This document shows positions 58,953 to 64,000 of a stretch of 64,000 nucleotides of DNA, one piece after another. Location: positions 13,336-77,335 of the forward strand of contig JAOTRV010000019.1 of assembly GCA_030247575.1 (NCBI GenBank), given 5' to 3'. Origin of the DNA: Sulfuritalea sp. (GTDB lineage Bacteria > Pseudomonadota > Gammaproteobacteria > Burkholderiales > Rhodocyclaceae). The notes beneath the pieces were generated by a model. It was not told the DNA's origin, did no database searches, and saw only the letters and a program-made list of their open reading frames with translations. Both the position numbers and the translations under genes were made by a program. Every line of letters starts with the position of its first letter. The stretch's first letter is position 1.

Positions 58953-60293
58953 TTATCGTTTCTTCTTCGCCTGCGCATCAAGCTCGCGCAGGTGGGCAAG
59001 TTTTTCGGCGATCTTCTGTTCCAGTCCGCGCGCCACGGGTTGGTACCAATGCACGGCCGGCATGCCTTCCGGCAGGTAGGTTTCCCCGGCGGCATAGCCT
59101 TCGGCTTCGTCGTGGACGTAGCGGTAATCGGCGCCGTAGCCGAGTTCCTTCATTAACTTCGTCGGGGCATTGCGCAGGTGCTCCGGCACGCCGCGGCTCT
59201 TGTCTTTCGCCACGAAGGCGCGGGCCGCATTATAGGCGACGTAGGCGGCGTTCGACTTGGGCGCCACGGCCATGTAAAGCACCGCGTTGGCCAGCGCCAG
59301 CTCGCCTTCCGGGCTGCCCAGGCGCTCGTAGGTGGCGCAGGCGTTCAATGCGATTTCCCAGGCGCGCGGGTCGGCCAGCCCGACGTCCTCGATGGCCATG
59401 CGCACGATGCGCCGCCCCATGTAGAGCGGATCGGCGCCGCCGTCGAGCATGCGCACCAGCCAGTACAGCGCGGCATCCGGGTCGGAGCCGCGCACCGACT
59501 TGTGCAGGGCCGAGATCTGGTCGTAGAAGGCGTCGCCGCCCTTGTCGAAGCGGCGCAGGTCGGCGGCCAGGGTCTGTTCCAGAAAGTCGGCGCTGACGAC
59601 ACGGTGGCCGGCAGTGGCCGTCGCCGTTCGTACCTGCTCCAGCACGTTGAGCAGGCGCCGCGCATCGCCATCGGCGTAACCGATGAGGCGGTCACGCGCC
59701 TCGACCTCGAATTCCAGATCGGCCAGGGCCGTGGCCTGGGCGCGGTCGAACAGTTCGCCCAACTCCTCCTCGTCGAGGCTCTTCAGCACATAGACCGAAG
59801 CGCGCGACAGCAGCGCGGAATTCACTTCGAAGGACGGGTTCTCGGTGGTCGCACCGATGAAGGTCACCGTGCCTTTTTCGACGTAAGGCAGGAAGGCATC
59901 CTGCTGCGACTTGTTGAAGCGATGCACTTCGTCGACGAACAGGATGGTGCGCCGGCCCTGCTGGGCCATGACCTCGGCCTGCTGCATCGCCTCGCGGATA
60001 TCCTTGACGCCTGAAAACACCGCCGACAGGGCGATGAACTCGGCATCGAAACTGTCCGCCATCAAGCGCGCCAGCGTGGTCTTGCCGACGCCGGGTGGGC
60101 CCCAGAGGATCATCGAATGCGGCGTGCCGGAAGCGAAGGCGAGACGCAGCGGCTTGCCCTCGCCCAGCAGATGGCGCTGGCCGATCACCTCATCGAGCGT
60201 GCGCGGGCGCATCTGCTCCGCCAGCGGCGCATGCGGGTTCACCGTCTCGAACAGATCAGTCGCCGACAACGTCAGCCCCGGCCGGTGCGACAA
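58953..60293 (-). CDS. rarA: Replication-associated recombination protein A
   Basis: 446 aa with PLAEQMRPRTLDEVIGQ, Walker A GPPGVGKTT and FVDEVHRFNK. Confidence 0.95.
   Translation of the reverse strand: MSHRPGLTLSATDLFETVNPHAPLAEQMRPRTLDEVIGQRHLLGEGKPLRLAFASGTPHSMILWGPPGVGKTTLARLMADSFDAEFIALSAVFSGVKDIREAMQQAEVMAQQGRRTILFVDEVHRFNKSQQDAFLPYVEKGTVTFIGATTENPSFEVNSALLSRASVYVLKSLDEEELGELFDRAQATALADLEFEVEARDRLIGYADGDARRLLNVLEQVRTATATAGHRVVSADFLEQTLAADLRRFDKGGDAFYDQISALHKSVRGSDPDAALYWLVRMLDGGADPLYMGRRIVRMAIEDVGLADPRAWEIALNACATYERLGSPEGELALANAVLYMAVAPKSNAAYVAYNAARAFVAKDKSRGVPEHLRNAPTKLMKELGYGADYRYVHDEAEGYAAGETYLPEGMPAVHWYQPVARGLEQKIAEKLAHLRELDAQAKKKR
59586..59606 (+). repeat. Interspersed motif, copy O, degenerate (GTCGGCGCTGACGACACGGTG)
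   Basis: Inside rarA, antisense to the gene (RVVSADF). It has 4 mismatches to the consensus core but keeps the AGAAA 5' flank. This copy is borderline. Confidence 0.45.
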
Positions 60294-60867
60294 AGCGAAA
60301 CAGCGAAGGCGGCAGCACGGGGTTGGCCTCGAACTGGGTGAAGCGCAGCACCGTCACCTGGCCGAAGCTGTCGTGGATTTCCATGCTCACCGGGCGATTG
60401 GCGGCGAAGCCGATCTTCATGCTCTCGAAGCTGGCGTCGCCGCCCTTGGGCTTGGCTTCGACGAATTCAAGGCCATCCGCGGCAGCGCCCTCCTTGAGTT
60501 CGAAATGCTTGTCGAGGTCCTGCCCGGCGAGCAGTGCGGCCGGACTGGCGCCGAAGGCCGAGCCGAGCTTCTTCACCGCAACCTGATTGAGTTCGGGGTC
60601 GTAACTCCACAGCTTGTTGCCATCGCTGACCAGCAGCTGCTTGTAGGGCTTTTCGTAGGACCAGCAGAACTTGCCCGGGCGCTGCAGGGCGAAAATGCCC
60701 GCCGACTGCTGCGGCTTGCGACCCGATTTGGAAATCGCCGTCTGCGCGAACACGCCGCGCGCGCTGCGGTTGGTTTCGAGGAAGGTCTTGAGCTGGTCGA
60801 GGCCGGCAGCCGATGCCGGTACAGCGAGGCAGGCAAGGAGGCCAAAAAAACAGAGTAGTCGCTTCAT
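60256..60867 (-). CDS. lolA: Outer-membrane lipoprotein carrier protein LolA
   Basis: 203 aa from MKRLLCFFGLLACLAVPASA. Conserved ftsK-lolA-rarA-serS order. 38-nt overlap with rarA. Confidence 0.85.
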   Translation of the reverse strand: MKRLLCFFGLLACLAVPASAAGLDQLKTFLETNRSARGVFAQTAISKSGRKPQQSAGIFALQRPGKFCWSYEKPYKQLLVSDGNKLWSYDPELNQVAVKKLGSAFGASPAALLAGQDLDKHFELKEGAAADGLEFVEAKPKGGDASFESMKIGFAANRPVSMEIHDSFGQVTVLRFTQFEANPVLPPSLFRFVAPAGADVVGD

Positions 60868-60918
60868 GGGGCAATTATCCCCGATGCCACCCCGGTGCGG
60901 CACGCTTTATTCCGCGCT

Positions 60919-63237
<2,319 letters not shown>

Positions 63238-63368
63238 GGCAACGGGCCGGTCCGGGAGTCAACCCGGACCGGAATGACGGACAGTGACGAATTATGTCCG
63301 GCTGCCGGGGTCTCCAAGGCCCAAAAAGCTGCCCAAGTCGCCCCCTGTTCCACACTTGCCGGGAGGCG

Positions 63369-64000
63369 TCAGTCGCAGATGCCCTTGTTCACGCCGCCGG
63401 AGGTAACGGTTTCGACCAATGACGACTGAGGAATGGCGCCAATGCCGGGATCAGCCGGCAGGAGCTTCGGCAGGACATTGTTCGCGGCGATGAAGCCGAA
63501 CTGCCCGGCCCCGATGGACAGGGCACCGGCACTGTTGGCTACCCGGACTTCGCCGTCGCGCACGCTGACATAGACGCCTGCCTCGTGCGTGGCATCGCTG
63601 CCTTCCTTCTTGCAAAGACCTGTCTTGCAGTCATCGACGTCGAATATCGTGCCGCGAATACCTATCGTGGCCGTCTCCGTCTTCATCTCGTAGGCATCCT
63701 GATCGCCGCGCTTGCTGATCAAGCCCGATACCGCACGCAGACCGCCCTTCAGCAGGGCGAATACCGCCTTGTCTTCCTGAGGCTTGGCTTGAACGAAGGT
63801 GTAGGCCGCCACGGTGAACTGGGTATTCGGCTTCAGGGTGATGGTTGCGCCGTCGGTGAACTTGATTTGCGCGTAGCTCCCCTTCTGCGTTTCCAGCGTG
63901 TCGCCGGGGATGACCTCCGACTTCATCGACAGAATCCGCGTCGAACCATCGGCCCGCTTGACCGAAAGGGTCCCGGAAAGCTGGATGACCGTGCCGTTGG
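63369..64000 (-). CDS. FecR-domain protein, N-terminus outside the window
   Basis: The frame stays open to the window edge (…NGTVIQLSGTLSVKRADGSTRILSMKSEVIPGDTLET…), a FecR-like beta-rich pattern. Confidence 0.5.
   Translation of the reverse strand, partial: NGTVIQLSGTLSVKRADGSTRILSMKSEVIPGDTLETQKGSYAQIKFTDGATITLKPNTQFTVAAYTFVQAKPQEDKAVFALLKGGLRAVSGLISKRGDQDAYEMKTETATIGIRGTIFDVDDCKTGLCKKEGSDATHEAGVYVSVRDGEVRVANSAGALSIGAGQFGFIAANNVLPKLLPADPGIGAIPQSSLVETVTSGGVNKGICD

Overview
This is a 64 kb, high-GC chromosomal window. By gene content (nirBD, flhDC, and the ftsK-lolA-rarA-serS order) it looks betaproteobacterial; that is a guess, not a verified assignment. All product calls come from reading the supplied translations for family motifs. 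No database search was run.

Layout, left to right:
1. Assimilatory nitrite module: nirD-nirB, divergent from an FNT nitrite channel and a PP2C/Ser-Thr kinase fusion.
2. An Rrf2 (NsrR-like) repressor divergent from a putative nitrosative-stress and Fe-S repair cluster: DUF59, DUF2249, a polytopic membrane protein, Fpr, a hemerythrin-like protein, a CcoG-like protein and a DUF3079-like protein.
3. A short lower-GC stretch with an orphan membrane protein, higBA and a LapA-like gene.
4. An SDR, orphan norQ/norD-like genes, a BepA-like protease, moaC and ctaA.
5. A type I R-M locus (hsdM-hsdS ... hsdR) with a DUF262/DUF1524 (GmrSD-like) gene and a Fic gene embedded in it.
6. greB, an MFS transporter, a FliT-like gene, an M48 peptidase, rdgC, flhDC and two c-di-GMP signalling proteins.
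7. A Nudix gene, a TonB-like gene, an HNH gene and ygiQ.
8. A roughly 10 kb P4/PICI-like integrative element at tRNA-Ser(CGA). It carries an integrase, an HTH regulator, RadC, AlpA, a primase-helicase and a repeat-dense non-coding arm.
9. mltF, serS, rarA, lolA, ftsK and a partial FecR-like gene.

Most notable observations:
- A non-palindromic 21-29 nt motif (consensus about GAAAGTCGGCGCTGGCGGGACGGCGATTC) occurs at least 17 times. It sits just downstream of genes and also in frame inside conserved genes (ftsK, ygiQ, ctaA, hsdM, primase, TonB-like), with a strand bias.
- An iteron and inverted-repeat architecture lies directly downstream of the island primase-helicase.
- hsdM carries three in-frame repeat insertions, and the R-M locus shows a duplicated hsdS 3' end flanking the DUF262 gene.

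No CRISPR arrays, rRNA genes or transposases were seen.
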